Sequence record: KM411958.1
From: Pseudomonas phage RWG
Strand: one strand, 5' to 3'
Length of the DNA stretch: 64,000 nucleotides
Positions 24,726 to 35,994 of the stretch are shown piece by piece. The stretch's first letter is position 1, and each line of letters opens with the position of its first letter. A program made the translations under genes and the position numbers. Under the pieces are notes generated by a model, which had not been told where the DNA came from, did not search any database, and was given only the letters and a program-made list of their open reading frames with translations.

Positions 24726-26504
24726 ATGAGCAACAAAGTAACTGTCGTAGGTGCTGTCCTCGACGAAAGGTACCTGACGTTGTACGTGAAGGGTTCTGCT
24801 GAGCAGATCCGTATCCCCCAAGGCGATCCCCGTGTCGCCGTCTTCGTCGAGAAGTACGTCCCCATCCTGAGCCAGGGTGGTGAAGTGGACTACTCCGAAG
24901 ACCTGCTGGTCATCAACAACGTCTACGAGGCCGCCGAGAAGAAGTCCGGTGGCATCATGCGGTTCTTCCGCGTGGCGAAGAAGAAGGTCGCAGAGTTCTT
25001 CTCGGCAGCTTCCGCATCCGAGCCGGCTGCTCCCGTCGCTCCCGTCACCGCTGGCGCGGTTCCTGGCGACTGCGCACCGGACACGGATGCTGGGCAGGGT
25101 GTAGGGGAAGAGGTGGCCGAGAAGGTCACCATCAAGGATCCCGTACTGGCCAAGGCCGTCGATGACATCCTGGCTCACGCTGTACCGGCATCTGCCCCCA
25201 ACTTCATGGCTGCGGACCTGGAAGTCCCGTCACCGGATCGCATCGAAGATGAAGATCCCAGCGACGACGTGGGCGAAGGTGACACCATCATCGCCGTGAC
25301 CGACCAGGGAACCATCGTACCGGACGCCCAGAAGCTCAAGACCCAGCTGACCGCAGCTGTTCAGTCGAAAGCCAAGGGCAGCACTGTCGGCATCGAGAAC
25401 TTCCTCCGCCGGGCTGGTGCTGTATCTGCCAAGCGCCAACACAGCGTGCAGGATCTGATGCGCTTCATCGAACGTGGGGATCTTCCCATCGCCGATGATG
25501 GCTGCATCGTGATCTACAAGCTGCTGTTGAAAGGCGGCCCAGACGGTCACAAGGAGTTCTCCTACCGTGACATCCACTCGCAGAAGGTACCGCAAGGCGT
25601 CAGTACTCTGGTGTGCATGAACGAGTCCCTCGTGGACCCGGATCGCCGCAACGAGTGCTCGAATGGCTTGCATGTGGCTCGTCGTCAGTACCTGGGCAGC
25701 TTCAGCGGAAACGTGTGCGTGCTGGCCAAGGTGGCACCGGAAGACGTGATCGCCGTTCCGTCCTACGACGCGAACAAGATGCGTGTCCGTGCCTACCACA
25801 TCCTCTTCGAACTGCCGAACGAAGCCATGGTGGCCCTGAAAGCCAACCGCAGCATGACCGACATCAAGGAAGCTTCCCGCATGCTGGGGGCTGCTCTGGC
25901 GGGTCAGCACAGCGAACCTGCCTACCATGTGGAGATCACCGGTCACCGTGGCTCCAGCATCGTGGTGCACAAGGGTCCGGCGAGCACCAAGAACAAGGTG
26001 CAGACGGCTGTTCCGAAGAACGCACCTGAAGCCCGCTCGCTTCCGACTACTCCCAATGAAGTCGTCGGCGAGAAGGTAGACGTGCTGGCTGTAGTGGATA
26101 CTGTCATGCCGGAAACCAAGCAACCGGAACCGGAAGCTCCGTCGCTGACCAAGGACGTGCCGGTATCTGAGCCGAAGCCTGCCAAGGCCGAGAAGAAATC
26201 GAAGAGCCGTGTGCCTGCCCGTAAAGCCAAGAAGCTGAAGTCCGTCAAGGTGGAAGCCAAGCCCGTGGCTCAGCCTGTCCGGGACACCTTCAAGGCCAAG
26301 GGTGAACCCCTGCCGGCTGATAAGAAGACTGCCATGACCCTGCCCGAACAAGGCAAGGCCCTCTGGGATGCCTTCGTAGCCAGCAAGGGCGACAAGGCGA
26401 AAGCTCAGGCTTGCCTGGACTTCAAGAAAGCCAAGAAGAAGGGCTGGTCCGTTCTCGGTATGCCTGGCGACGCGGCTGACAAGTTGGCCAAGGCGCTGAA
26501 GTAA
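24726..26504 (+). CDS. large hypothetical protein with Lys/Ala-rich basic C-terminal tail (possible rIIB-like partner)
   Basis: ORF track. 592 aa. Immediately downstream of the rIIA-like gene. Followed by a strong terminator. Confidence 0.55.
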   Translation: MSNKVTVVGAVLDERYLTLYVKGSAEQIRIPQGDPRVAVFVEKYVPILSQGGEVDYSEDLLVINNVYEAAEKKSGGIMRFFRVAKKKVAEFFSAASASEPAAPVAPVTAGAVPGDCAPDTDAGQGVGEEVAEKVTIKDPVLAKAVDDILAHAVPASAPNFMAADLEVPSPDRIEDEDPSDDVGEGDTIIAVTDQGTIVPDAQKLKTQLTAAVQSKAKGSTVGIENFLRRAGAVSAKRQHSVQDLMRFIERGDLPIADDGCIVIYKLLLKGGPDGHKEFSYRDIHSQKVPQGVSTLVCMNESLVDPDRRNECSNGLHVARRQYLGSFSGNVCVLAKVAPEDVIAVPSYDANKMRVRAYHILFELPNEAMVALKANRSMTDIKEASRMLGAALAGQHSEPAYHVEITGHRGSSIVVHKGPASTKNKVQTAVPKNAPEARSLPTTPNEVVGEKVDVLAVVDTVMPETKQPEPEAPSLTKDVPVSEPKPAKAEKKSKSRVPARKAKKLKSVKVEAKPVAQPVRDTFKAKGEPLPADKKTAMTLPEQGKALWDAFVASKGDKAKAQACLDFKKAKKKGWSVLGMPGDAADKLAKALK

Positions 26505-26510
26505 CAGATC

Positions 26511-26538
26511 GGGGGAGGCAACTCCCCCTTTCCTTTCT
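26511..26538 (+). terminator. rho-independent terminator
   Basis: GGGGGAG-GCAA-CTCCCCC followed by TTTCCTTTCT. Confidence 0.65.
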
Positions 26539-26551
26539 CACAGGAGTTACC

Positions 26552-26776
26552 ATGGACTACTACTTGTTGTACCTGGCTTTGGGTGCCGCTTGGTTCTTCA
26601 TAGCCATCGGCGATGTCTACAAGGTGCCGCTTAACATTGCCTTCAGCAGGCAGTTCACACCGTCTATCATCGTCTCTCTCAGCTTCTTCCTCACCTTCTT
26701 GTTCTACCTGTTCCTGTGGCCTATCGGTGTAATCACCAGCATTTGGCTACGGATGACCAAGAAGTCAACTACCTGA
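26552..26776 (+). CDS. small membrane protein, holin-like (74 aa)
   Basis: Two to three TM helices and a charged C-terminal tail RMTKKSTT. AGGAG RBS. Confidence 0.4.
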   Translation: MDYYLLYLALGAAWFFIAIGDVYKVPLNIAFSRQFTPSIIVSLSFFLTFLFYLFLWPIGVITSIWLRMTKKSTT

Positions 26777-26860
26777 TGGATACCCGTGTGTTCCAGTAAG
26801 GATTGCTTTATCATGGCAACTGGCTGCTATACGGCCTTGAACTTTGCTGGAGAGTACCAA

Positions 26861-27177
26861 TGCCTTGGAAAAGCGACCCTAACATCTGGGGGGTGCTGAG
26901 TGCGATTGCGCTCAGTGTATTGAGTGGGGTGATCAGCCTCACTTCACGGATTGCAAAGGGACACCCACCTAAATTTGTGTGGATTGTCTCTGAGCTATCC
27001 TCAGCAATACTCGTCGGTTACCTGATCTACGACGTGTACCCTGTAATCCAACATCTGCTCTACGAGTGGATGACCATGCCAATCTGCATTGCAGTTGGTG
27101 GCCACCTGGGAGGTCGAGTCTTCCAGTGGGTTGAGTTCAAGTACAAGGAGAAATTCGGCATCCCGGACTCCTACTAA
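26861..27177 (+). CDS. membrane protein with three TM helices, holin-like (105 aa)
   Basis: Internal ATG of ORF 26803..27177 with GGAGAG upstream. Confidence 0.4.
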
Positions 27178-27186
27178 ACCAACCAG

Positions 27187-27211
27187 AAACCCGCTTCGGC
27201 GGGTTTTTTAT
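27187..27211 (+). terminator. rho-independent terminator
   Basis: AAACCCGC-TTCG-GCGGGTTT followed by TTTTA. Confidence 0.8.
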
Positions 27212-27226
27212 TGCCTGGAGGAAACC

Positions 27227-27418
27227 ATGGCTGAGGTAATCACTACCGTTTTGGAAATGCCCAACACCGTCATTGCGACGGCTGTCGGTGACAAGATCAT
27301 GGAAGCTGACGCCTACCGTCACTACCTGGAGTCAATCAACGTTGATCCTCGGTTTGTACTAGAAGAGTACATCGCAATGGTTGCGGAAAAGGATCAGGAG
27401 GTGTGGAAGCATGTCTAA
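27227..27418 (+). CDS. hypothetical protein (63 aa)
   Basis: ATG at 27227 with GGAGGAAACC upstream, inside ORF 27089..27418. Confidence 0.4.
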   Translation: MAEVITTVLEMPNTVIATAVGDKIMEADAYRHYLESINVDPRFVLEEYIAMVAEKDQEVWKHV

Positions 27419-27968
27419 GTACGAACCCGTGTTCGATAGCTCTAAGGTAGCCCGGTTCTACCATGTGCGTGGATTTGCTGAGCGCAACGGAAGGCAGGTC
27501 AGATTCTTCAAGACTACCTGGGTTGGCTTCCTAGAAACTGACCGAGCCTACTGGGTAGTAGATGAAGATGATCTCAAGGAACTGGAGCATGTCGTACGCA
27601 TTCGTAAGATCACTGCTGCCAGTGATATCCGTGATCTCGCTAAGGAGAGATACGGTGCCTTTCTCGCCCTGAAAGACGGTAGTACCAAGCGAGCACGCAC
27701 TTCTGTGAAAGCTGCCTTCTTCAGCATGATCTGTCGTCGTGAACGCCAGTTAACCTTTCTGGAGCGTGACCTCAATAGTGCTCAGTCAATCCTTCTGGGT
27801 ACTCGCTTGGATACCAAGGTAGCCGAGCGTCTGGAGATGCTGAATACCACTACGGTAGAGATCCCCAGTTCCTGGGATATCGACCAGCAGATCCTGGCAG
27901 AGCACAAGCGTATCCACGAGAACGAAGGACACGAAGAAGGTGCACTGGTCTGGGAACCTGATTTCTGA
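27411..27968 (+). CDS. hypothetical protein (185 aa)
   Basis: ATG at 27411 inside ORF 27381..27968. Last gene of the plus-strand block. Confidence 0.45.
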   Translation: MSKYEPVFDSSKVARFYHVRGFAERNGRQVRFFKTTWVGFLETDRAYWVVDEDDLKELEHVVRIRKITAASDIRDLAKERYGAFLALKDGSTKRARTSVKAAFFSMICRRERQLTFLERDLNSAQSILLGTRLDTKVAERLEMLNTTTVEIPSSWDIDQQILAEHKRIHENEGHEEGALVWEPDF

Positions 27969-27974
27969 CAGGCA

Positions 27975-28010
27975 TTAAAAACCCCCGAAGACCGCAGTCT
28001 AAGGGGGTTA
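27975..28010 (-). terminator. terminator of the minus-strand tail/lysis operon (hairpin AACCCCC...GGGGGTT with T-run on the minus strand)
   Basis: Lies between convergent genes. On the minus strand the hairpin is followed by TTTTTAA. Confidence 0.45.
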
Positions 28011-28029
28011 CGCATGGTGTCGAAGGAGA

Positions 28030-28542
28030 CTACTGGGGAGGAGCGTGCCCCAGTGACTTCACAATAGCGTAGCTCTTCTGGCATGTCAATCCTGCCGCAT
28101 GGCTTCGGTCAAGCGCTCCTGCGAGTTCTTGTCGATGGCTGACACAGCTTCCGTACAGGTCGGCGAGCACCACAGAGGCAGCGTTGCTTGCATGCCGCTC
28201 AGTGGTAGCTCTGGCATCATCGGCGATGAGGTCGTCACGTAGACGGGAGACTTGCTCCCGCAGGCTACGAGACTGAGCATCAGCAGCAGCAATGCGGGCA
28301 GCTTGATCAGCCAGTTGTTCATCAGCATCTTTTTTTACCTCGTTCATGGCTTCGAGCAGACTCTGTTCGATGGCCTTTTTGTTTTCTTCCGCAGTCCTTT
28401 CAGCCTGCATCATGCGGAGTTCCCACTCCGCATTGGTCTTGGATTCCGCCTTCACGAAGCCCTTGTTGTAGGCGTAGAAGGCAATGATGGCGAACAGCAA
28501 AACCTCTGCTATCCACCGGATCTGGCGGGCTGAGATGGTCAT
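28030..28542 (-). CDS. Rz-like i-spanin
   Basis: N-terminal TM helix (IAEVLLFAIIAFYAY), long coiled-coil periplasmic domain, and an embedded Rz1-like gene. Confidence 0.55.
   Translation of the reverse strand: MTISARQIRWIAEVLLFAIIAFYAYNKGFVKAESKTNAEWELRMMQAERTAEENKKAIEQSLLEAMNEVKKDADEQLADQAARIAAADAQSRSLREQVSRLRDDLIADDARATTERHASNAASVVLADLYGSCVSHRQELAGALDRSHAAGLTCQKSYAIVKSLGHAPPQ
28086..28328 (-). CDS. Rz1-like o-spanin embedded in the Rz gene
   Basis: Signal peptide with lipobox LSLVACGS, followed by Pro-rich mature sequence. Lies entirely within the Rz ORF in another frame. Confidence 0.5.
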   Translation of the reverse strand: MLMNNWLIKLPALLLLMLSLVACGSKSPVYVTTSSPMMPELPLSGMQATLPLWCSPTCTEAVSAIDKNSQERLTEAMRQD

Positions 28543-29063
28543 TGGGTCACCACCCTTACCGCCTTGCGGTACAGTTCCGGCCAGGTGGCTTCATGGGGTT
28601 GCCCAGGACGCCATTGGCGTATGTAGAGATCCCATGCTTCCTGCTGAGCCTTGATGGCAGGCAGACGGTGTGGGTCCGTGAAGAGCAGGATGCGAGCCAA
28701 GGCACAAGCCAAGACATCATCATGCTCCAGGGCATCCCACACTGCGTCTTCAGTTACCGGCACACCCCTGGCCTTGCAGACCGAGTGCACCAGTTCCTTG
28801 GTCGATGGCTTCCAGAAGTTGAGCAGTCCCTTGACGGCACCACCCTTCTCCATCTGCCAGTAGCCCTTGGCTGGGCCAAGGGGAAGAAGGACTTTACGTC
28901 CCTCGCTGTTGATGGAGTTCACCAGCTGCCTACGAGAGGCAAAGCGGGACTCCTGTAACCCAATGGCCAGCAACATCACGCTGGCCTCTGGACTGTTCAT
29001 GCTGGCCGGAAGCAGCTTGTAGGCTTCCGGTAGCACTTGGTTGAATACCTGGTCAGCAGTCAT
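28539..29063 (-). CDS. endolysin candidate (lysozyme/lytic-transglycosylase-like)
   Basis: AIGLQESRF (E-S catalytic motif typical of SLT/lysozyme-like folds). Position immediately upstream of Rz/Rz1. Confidence 0.5.
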   Translation of the reverse strand: MTADQVFNQVLPEAYKLLPASMNSPEASVMLLAIGLQESRFASRRQLVNSINSEGRKVLLPLGPAKGYWQMEKGGAVKGLLNFWKPSTKELVHSVCKARGVPVTEDAVWDALEHDDVLACALARILLFTDPHRLPAIKAQQEAWDLYIRQWRPGQPHEATWPELYRKAVRVVTQ

Positions 29064-29254
29064 TTCGGTTCCTCCGGTAGGGGGTAGCGTTCCTGAATCT
29101 CTTTGACCTTTTCAAGCCAAGGAGTGAGGTCAGCTGTCTCCCCGTTCTCCATCGCCAGAGCTTCCAGTTCGATCCGAATCGGTTCGCTCTCCGACTGATA
29201 GGCTATCGCTCGGAGGTTCTTCACCTCCTTGAGCGCCTCCTGATACTTCGACAT
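29060..29254 (-). CDS. hypothetical small protein (64 aa)
   Basis: Internal ATG (MSKYQEALKEV...) with GAAGGA RBS. The track ORF 29060..29302 starts at TTG. Overlaps the 3' end of gene 29130..29609. Confidence 0.25.
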   Translation of the reverse strand: MSKYQEALKEVKNLRAIAYQSESEPIRIELEALAMENGETADLTPWLEKVKEIQERYPLPEEPK

Positions 29255-29609
29255 TTCCAGTTCCTTCGGGTTCTGGAAGTCGTTCCAAGCGATAGAAGTC
29301 AAAGGGCATCTCCACGGGACCGTCCTCGGTCACCAAAAAAGGTTCGATGATCGACTCTTGAGCATCGAAGATCTCCAGAGTCACTTGGTGAATATACCGG
29401 ATGAAGAGGTTTCCGTCTTCATAGTGGATGTCCTGGAAAGGAGTACGGCCTATGTAGGCTTGTGGAGGGAGGTACCCTCCCCCAATGAAGGGGGAGAAGT
29501 CGTGTTCCTCGCCATCCACAGTGAGCTTGGTGCCGGAGACCGACACCTTACTCACTCGTTCCCGACCTGGAATGTCCACTTGCATGTCAGGCTTGAGGAT
29601 GAATTGCAT
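29130..29609 (-). CDS. hypothetical tail-associated protein (159 aa)
   Basis: ATG at 29609 overlaps the stop of the upstream tail fibre gene (TAATG), with GGTGGA RBS. The C-terminal 40 aa are low-complexity. Confidence 0.45.
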   Translation of the reverse strand: MQFILKPDMQVDIPGRERVSKVSVSGTKLTVDGEEHDFSPFIGGGYLPPQAYIGRTPFQDIHYEDGNLFIRYIHQVTLEIFDAQESIIEPFLVTEDGPVEMPFDFYRLERLPEPEGTGNVEVSGGAQGGEEPPSDSLSVGERTDSDRTGSSGDGERGDS

Positions 29610-32600
29610 TATTTCCACCGTCCTACTGCGACTACTGCGCAGTTAATGAATGAAGTACTGGCAAAGCTGTGTGCAGTATACCCAGCAACCCGGTAGATCT
29701 GCACGAGAGCATTTCCATTGCCCACGTTGTAGGTAAACGGACTGGTCACAGCGAAGTAAGGCATATCGTTGATATCAGCACGAGCACCAAGAATAGGCTG
29801 CACAGTGATAGTAGGCGGTGCTACGAACCCCATCGGGTAGGTGTAGGTGTACTGCAACACATCCACCGCAGAGTAGGTGAGCCGTATCGTTGCGTAGACG
29901 ATCTGAGTACCGTCAGCGAAACGTACAGAACGGCCCACGTTCTGGTTGTTGTTGCCGTTGTTCTGGAAGATAGCAGTAGTCAGAGGTTCGGTGGTTACCG
30001 AACCCTCCAGTTGGTTAGAAGCCAACAACCGCACCCAGCTTTCCCAACCGTTGTTCGACCGAGCACGGTAGAACACAGAGGTAGCGTAGGAACCAGCACC
30101 ACCAGTACGCGGGAACAGCAGCTGATACTTCGTGACATTGTCGAACACCGAAGTGATACCAGCATGCCCGTTCGTGGTATCCATGCCCAGCGGAAGACCA
30201 GCAGTACCACTCGGTACCGAGTAGAAACCGTTGAGGGCTGCGTTGTCGATACTGTTGCTCGGAAGGGTCTGGTTTGCGATAGGCATACCACCCAGGTAGT
30301 TCAGCGCCCCACCAGCCGAGGAAGCCCCCAGCAAAGCCACACCAGTAGGAGTGGTAGACAGGTTACGCCAGCCACCATCTGCACTGTCCTGGATCGGTAC
30401 GAAGCCAGACAGAGATGGGCTACCAGGTGGGTTGAACAACGGCAGTTCCATGAACTTTAGAGTTCGTGGCTTGGTGACGTTGTTCTCATCCAACCAGGTG
30501 AAGGTAGCCAGTTCTACCGGAGTCTGCCAGACGCCCGAAGTATTCGTCGTACGGATGAACAGACGGCCAGTGTAGGCCGGGTTCCACAGCTGCCAGCCCT
30601 TGTTGGTGTCGTAGGACTTGTGGTCCACGAAAGCCAGAACAGTGTTCAATCCAGAGGGCAAAGGGTTACCTGCACCAGCGGGAACGTGGTAGTAGCCACT
30701 CCGTACACCGGCACCGGACAACTGTGCTCCCGTACGGCTGTCCATGGTGAGGTCACCGTAGCCGTACCGTTGGGTCCAGTCCTGAATGAACGTGACCACG
30801 TACTCGGTATTGGCGATGGTCTTGCCGAACGGCAGGAAAGGAGTCTGAGTGGGAACAGTCGGGATACCAGTGAAGGCTGGGCTATCCAACGAGGCGAAGC
30901 CATTGGTATCGCTGGAGTTGGAGAAGAACTGGCCAAGCTTGTCGGCGATCTTCTGTGCCGAGGCATCGGTCAGGTGCAGGCCATCACTCGCACCGAGGGC
31001 AGGGTCCATGTACCCGTCCTTGGCGATGAGTCGAGCAATGTCCAGCGTCTGGGCCAAACCATTGACCTTGGGCAGTTCAGTGTTCCACCACTGGTCGGTG
31101 TAGTCCCGTAGCTTGACGGTAGTGGACGAAGCATCGTTGTACGCCTTCGTGCCCTGCATGGAGTTGAACAGCACCACCTGGGCACCGACAGCATGAAGCT
31201 GGTCGATGATGGCTTGGGTGTCAGAGGTGCGCTTCTCCATAGTCATGGTGGCATCGTTCACGTCATTCGTGCTGGCATGCATGAAGACTACCTTGACGCC
31301 AGAGTTGGAGATCTCCGACAGCTGGCTGAGGTACTGCCAAGTACGACGACCTTCCACGCCCTGCACAAGCACGAGGTTGTTCCGGTTCGTGGCATACAGC
31401 GGAACCTTCCCAAACCAAGTACCAGCCCAGTTGCGATTGTTGTTGTAGGAGTTACTCCCGCGAGTCACACCGTACTCGTTCTGGCCTGCGGCGATGCTGT
31501 CGCCGTAGCAGATGAGGTTGGGCTTGCACACCGAGATGAAGTCCAGATCCAGCCACCAGTTCTGCGGGGCTACCGGCATGGACGAGATCTCGATGAAAGC
31601 AGGCTTGATGGCATCTACCATCAGACGACCACCACCCTTCTGCCAAGTGCCATTGGGCATGCGGCGGAAGAGTTCGATGTGGCGGTTTACCGCATCGTAC
31701 TTCACAGCAAGGTCTAGCCAGTCTTCGGTTCCCAAACCAGTGAACATGGTTGCAGCGTTGCGGGTACCACCCTCGGTGCCTTGCATGTGGATGGTGTTGG
31801 GTTCCACCAAGCCATTCGCATTGACGTTGAAGTAGACCACGCAGTCCTTGTTGTCAGTAGCGATGAAGCGGATCTGTGCAGAACGGTTCTGCGAGGCGGT
31901 ACCGGTCTGGGTCTTCACACGCATGTAGACGATCCAGTGGCTGTCCGGGAAGGACACTGCCTGTCGTACGAACGCACGGGAACCGCTGCCATCGGTCTTG
32001 GTCAGGCGCATGACGCTACCGTCCGAGACAGCCGTAGCAGGGCCAGATACAGTCCATCGGTAGGGGTCGGTACCTTCGTAGGTGAAGGTTTCGTTCATGC
32101 CTACCAGCGGAGGCAGGGAACCACCCTCGACCTTTTCAGCCATGGCGTCAGCCAGATCCCGTGCACGGTCAGCCTCGCTCTTGGAGCGGTCAGCTTCCGT
32201 CTTCGCACGGTTGGCTTGGTTGGTTGCAGCAGTTGCCGAGGCGGCAGAACCAGCAGCGGCATTCGCAGCATTGGTCTCGCTGACCTTGGCCGCAGCAGCA
32301 GAGGCTTCTGCCTTACCCACTTCGACCTTCGCAAGCTCAACTTGCTGAGCAGCTTTGGTCACTTCAGCCTGAGCCTTGGTCACCTCGGCTTTGGCTTTAA
32401 CGACCTCATCCTGGGCTTTGACGACCTCGGCTTTGGCTAGATCTACCTGCACTTCAGCACGGTCAGCCTGAGCTTCAGCTTCGTCACGAGCCTCACGGGC
32501 ATCGACGACAGCCTGGGTGATCTTGTTCATGGCTTCCTCGTCCCACGGCAGATTCGTGGGCGGGGGCATCAGGATCAGTTCCTGCACGTAGACCGGATCA

Positions 32601-32881
32601 GCAGAGTCCGGCACGTAGAAGGTGAAGGTGTACTGCGAGCAGGGATCGTCCTCGTACTCGTCGTCATCGCCTATAGCAGTGACGCGGTAGGCAGAGGTAG
32701 ACGATTCCAAGTCCATGGTGAACTCGCCCTTGGCGTCGGTCACCATCTCGTAGGTTTCGGGAATTACGACGCAGTGCTCTGCATCGCTCATGCCAGGACG
32801 GGTCAGTCGCACGGTGAACTTCTCGTTCGCCTGTGGGCTGCCATCCGGGTTATGGAAGGTGAAGATCACCTTGGTAGTCAT
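29609..32881 (-). CDS. tail fibre/appendage protein with SGNH (GDSL) hydrolase domain
   Basis: 1090 aa. N-terminal heptad-repeat coiled coil (AKAEVVK AQDEVVK AKAEVTK AQAEVTK). LICYGDSIAAGQ is a GDS(L) catalytic-serine motif. Beta-rich C-terminal region. Confidence 0.7.
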   Translation of the reverse strand: MTTKVIFTFHNPDGSPQANEKFTVRLTRPGMSDAEHCVVIPETYEMVTDAKGEFTMDLESSTSAYRVTAIGDDDEYEDDPCSQYTFTFYVPDSADPVYVQELILMPPPTNLPWDEEAMNKITQAVVDAREARDEAEAQADRAEVQVDLAKAEVVKAQDEVVKAKAEVTKAQAEVTKAAQQVELAKVEVGKAEASAAAAKVSETNAANAAAGSAASATAATNQANRAKTEADRSKSEADRARDLADAMAEKVEGGSLPPLVGMNETFTYEGTDPYRWTVSGPATAVSDGSVMRLTKTDGSGSRAFVRQAVSFPDSHWIVYMRVKTQTGTASQNRSAQIRFIATDNKDCVVYFNVNANGLVEPNTIHMQGTEGGTRNAATMFTGLGTEDWLDLAVKYDAVNRHIELFRRMPNGTWQKGGGRLMVDAIKPAFIEISSMPVAPQNWWLDLDFISVCKPNLICYGDSIAAGQNEYGVTRGSNSYNNNRNWAGTWFGKVPLYATNRNNLVLVQGVEGRRTWQYLSQLSEISNSGVKVVFMHASTNDVNDATMTMEKRTSDTQAIIDQLHAVGAQVVLFNSMQGTKAYNDASSTTVKLRDYTDQWWNTELPKVNGLAQTLDIARLIAKDGYMDPALGASDGLHLTDASAQKIADKLGQFFSNSSDTNGFASLDSPAFTGIPTVPTQTPFLPFGKTIANTEYVVTFIQDWTQRYGYGDLTMDSRTGAQLSGAGVRSGYYHVPAGAGNPLPSGLNTVLAFVDHKSYDTNKGWQLWNPAYTGRLFIRTTNTSGVWQTPVELATFTWLDENNVTKPRTLKFMELPLFNPPGSPSLSGFVPIQDSADGGWRNLSTTPTGVALLGASSAGGALNYLGGMPIANQTLPSNSIDNAALNGFYSVPSGTAGLPLGMDTTNGHAGITSVFDNVTKYQLLFPRTGGAGSYATSVFYRARSNNGWESWVRLLASNQLEGSVTTEPLTTAIFQNNGNNNQNVGRSVRFADGTQIVYATIRLTYSAVDVLQYTYTYPMGFVAPPTITVQPILGARADINDMPYFAVTSPFTYNVGNGNALVQIYRVAGYTAHSFASTSFINCAVVAVGRWK
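32350..32450 (-). repeat. tandem 21-nt (7-aa) repeats inside the tail fibre gene
   Basis: Repeated units CTTGGTCACCTCGGCTTTGGC / TTTGACGACCTCGGCTTTGGC on the plus strand encode the heptad repeats. Confidence 0.4.
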
Positions 32882-32919
32882 GGGTATATCCTCTTCGAAG
32901 GGAGCGTGCAGTGTACCGT

Positions 32920-33587
32920 TTATTCGATGGCCAACAAAGGATGGTCAATAGTGTAACCGGGCTTGTTGCCGCTGATGAAAGCAGCGATGTACATCCAACC
33001 CGTAGGGCCGTTAAGCATTCCAATGGTGAAACCATTGTGCATGAAGGTTGTGTTACCGAAGTCCACTCGGAAGTAGGCACCCTGCTTGATTTTGGTTGCA
33101 TCGGCATACCAACTCCCCAGTGTACGACCACCAGGGAAGTTAGGGTTGTAGCCGTAGGGCAAGAACCTCTGGATACCACCAAGGAATACTGCTGGTGTGT
33201 AGCCAGTATCGAATACGCCATTACCATCAGCGTCAAATACCTGCATACCCCAGCCAGCAGTCTTTGGCATATGCACAGCAACGATCTTGTACTTACCGGA
33301 ATACACCGAAGGAGCCATACCAGCAAAGTTGGTCAGTACAAAGCGACAACCGGTCCAGTTACCGTTAGAACCGAACCAAGTGAAGTCCATGAAACCATGA
33401 GGGCCATCTTGCTTAGCGAAGAAAATTGGCAAGCTCTGGGATCTGATAGGGGTAGGGAACTGCACGTAGATAAAGTCTTGCCCAGGTCTGTCATACTTAT
33501 AGGATCCTTCGAACACAACAACATAGACGGGATTCAACTCGTCGATGCAGATGTCACTGTTTTCGTTTGTCAGTTTAATACCGTAAG

Positions 33588-33591
<4 letters not shown>
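32920..33591 (-). CDS. tail protein (223 aa), paralog of the downstream 99-aa ORF
   Basis: The N-terminus MTYGIKLTNENSD parallels [13 protein letters not shown] of 33588..33887. Beta-rich. Confidence 0.5.
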
Positions 33592-35565
<1,974 letters not shown>

Positions 35566-35994
35566 ATGGAAAAACTCACCGCTGAGGACGTACCCTTCAA
35601 GGACTTCCCCATCGACTCCATGCCGAATCTCCTGGCTCAGCTGGGCAAGGCTCGTACTGACACCATCCGGTTTCATGGCTTGGATCGAAGATCGATAGGA
35701 GGACCACGGACTCGTTGGTTTACCAACCCCCACGCAAAACGCTTGCAGGGGCTTCCTGATGCGTTTTCGGATCGAGGGGTAGAGGACATCCTCTCGGGCA
35801 TCGCATCAGCCACAGAGGGCTCCCAGAGGCCGTTGTCGGCTGCACGTCTGTTCGTCCTGCTACAAGAACCTCAGCTGTGCTACGACCTGCTCATGGGTGG
35901 CATGGCTTTGGAGAAGCGACAAGCGCTTCGCTACATGGCAGCAGCCAAGCTAGCCGTGTTCCACCTCAACCGATACTTTGGAGCAAGCCAATGA
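35566..35994 (+). CDS. hypothetical protein (142 aa)
   Basis: Strong RBS AACCAGGAGGTTTTC before the ATG. First gene of the plus-strand replication block. Confidence 0.5.
   Translation: MEKLTAEDVPFKDFPIDSMPNLLAQLGKARTDTIRFHGLDRRSIGGPRTRWFTNPHAKRLQGLPDAFSDRGVEDILSGIASATEGSQRPLSAARLFVLLQEPQLCYDLLMGGMALEKRQALRYMAAAKLAVFHLNRYFGASQ

Noticed and set aside
25230-26351. 373-aa minus-strand ORF opposite gene 24726..26504
   Set aside because: It is a shadow ORF in a GC-rich region. The plus-strand gene has RBS, operon context and a terminator.
29060-29302. 80-aa ORF starting at TTG 29302
   Set aside because: Non-ATG start. The first 17 codons overlap gene 29130..29609 in another frame. Only the internal-ATG version (29060..29254) was kept, at low confidence.
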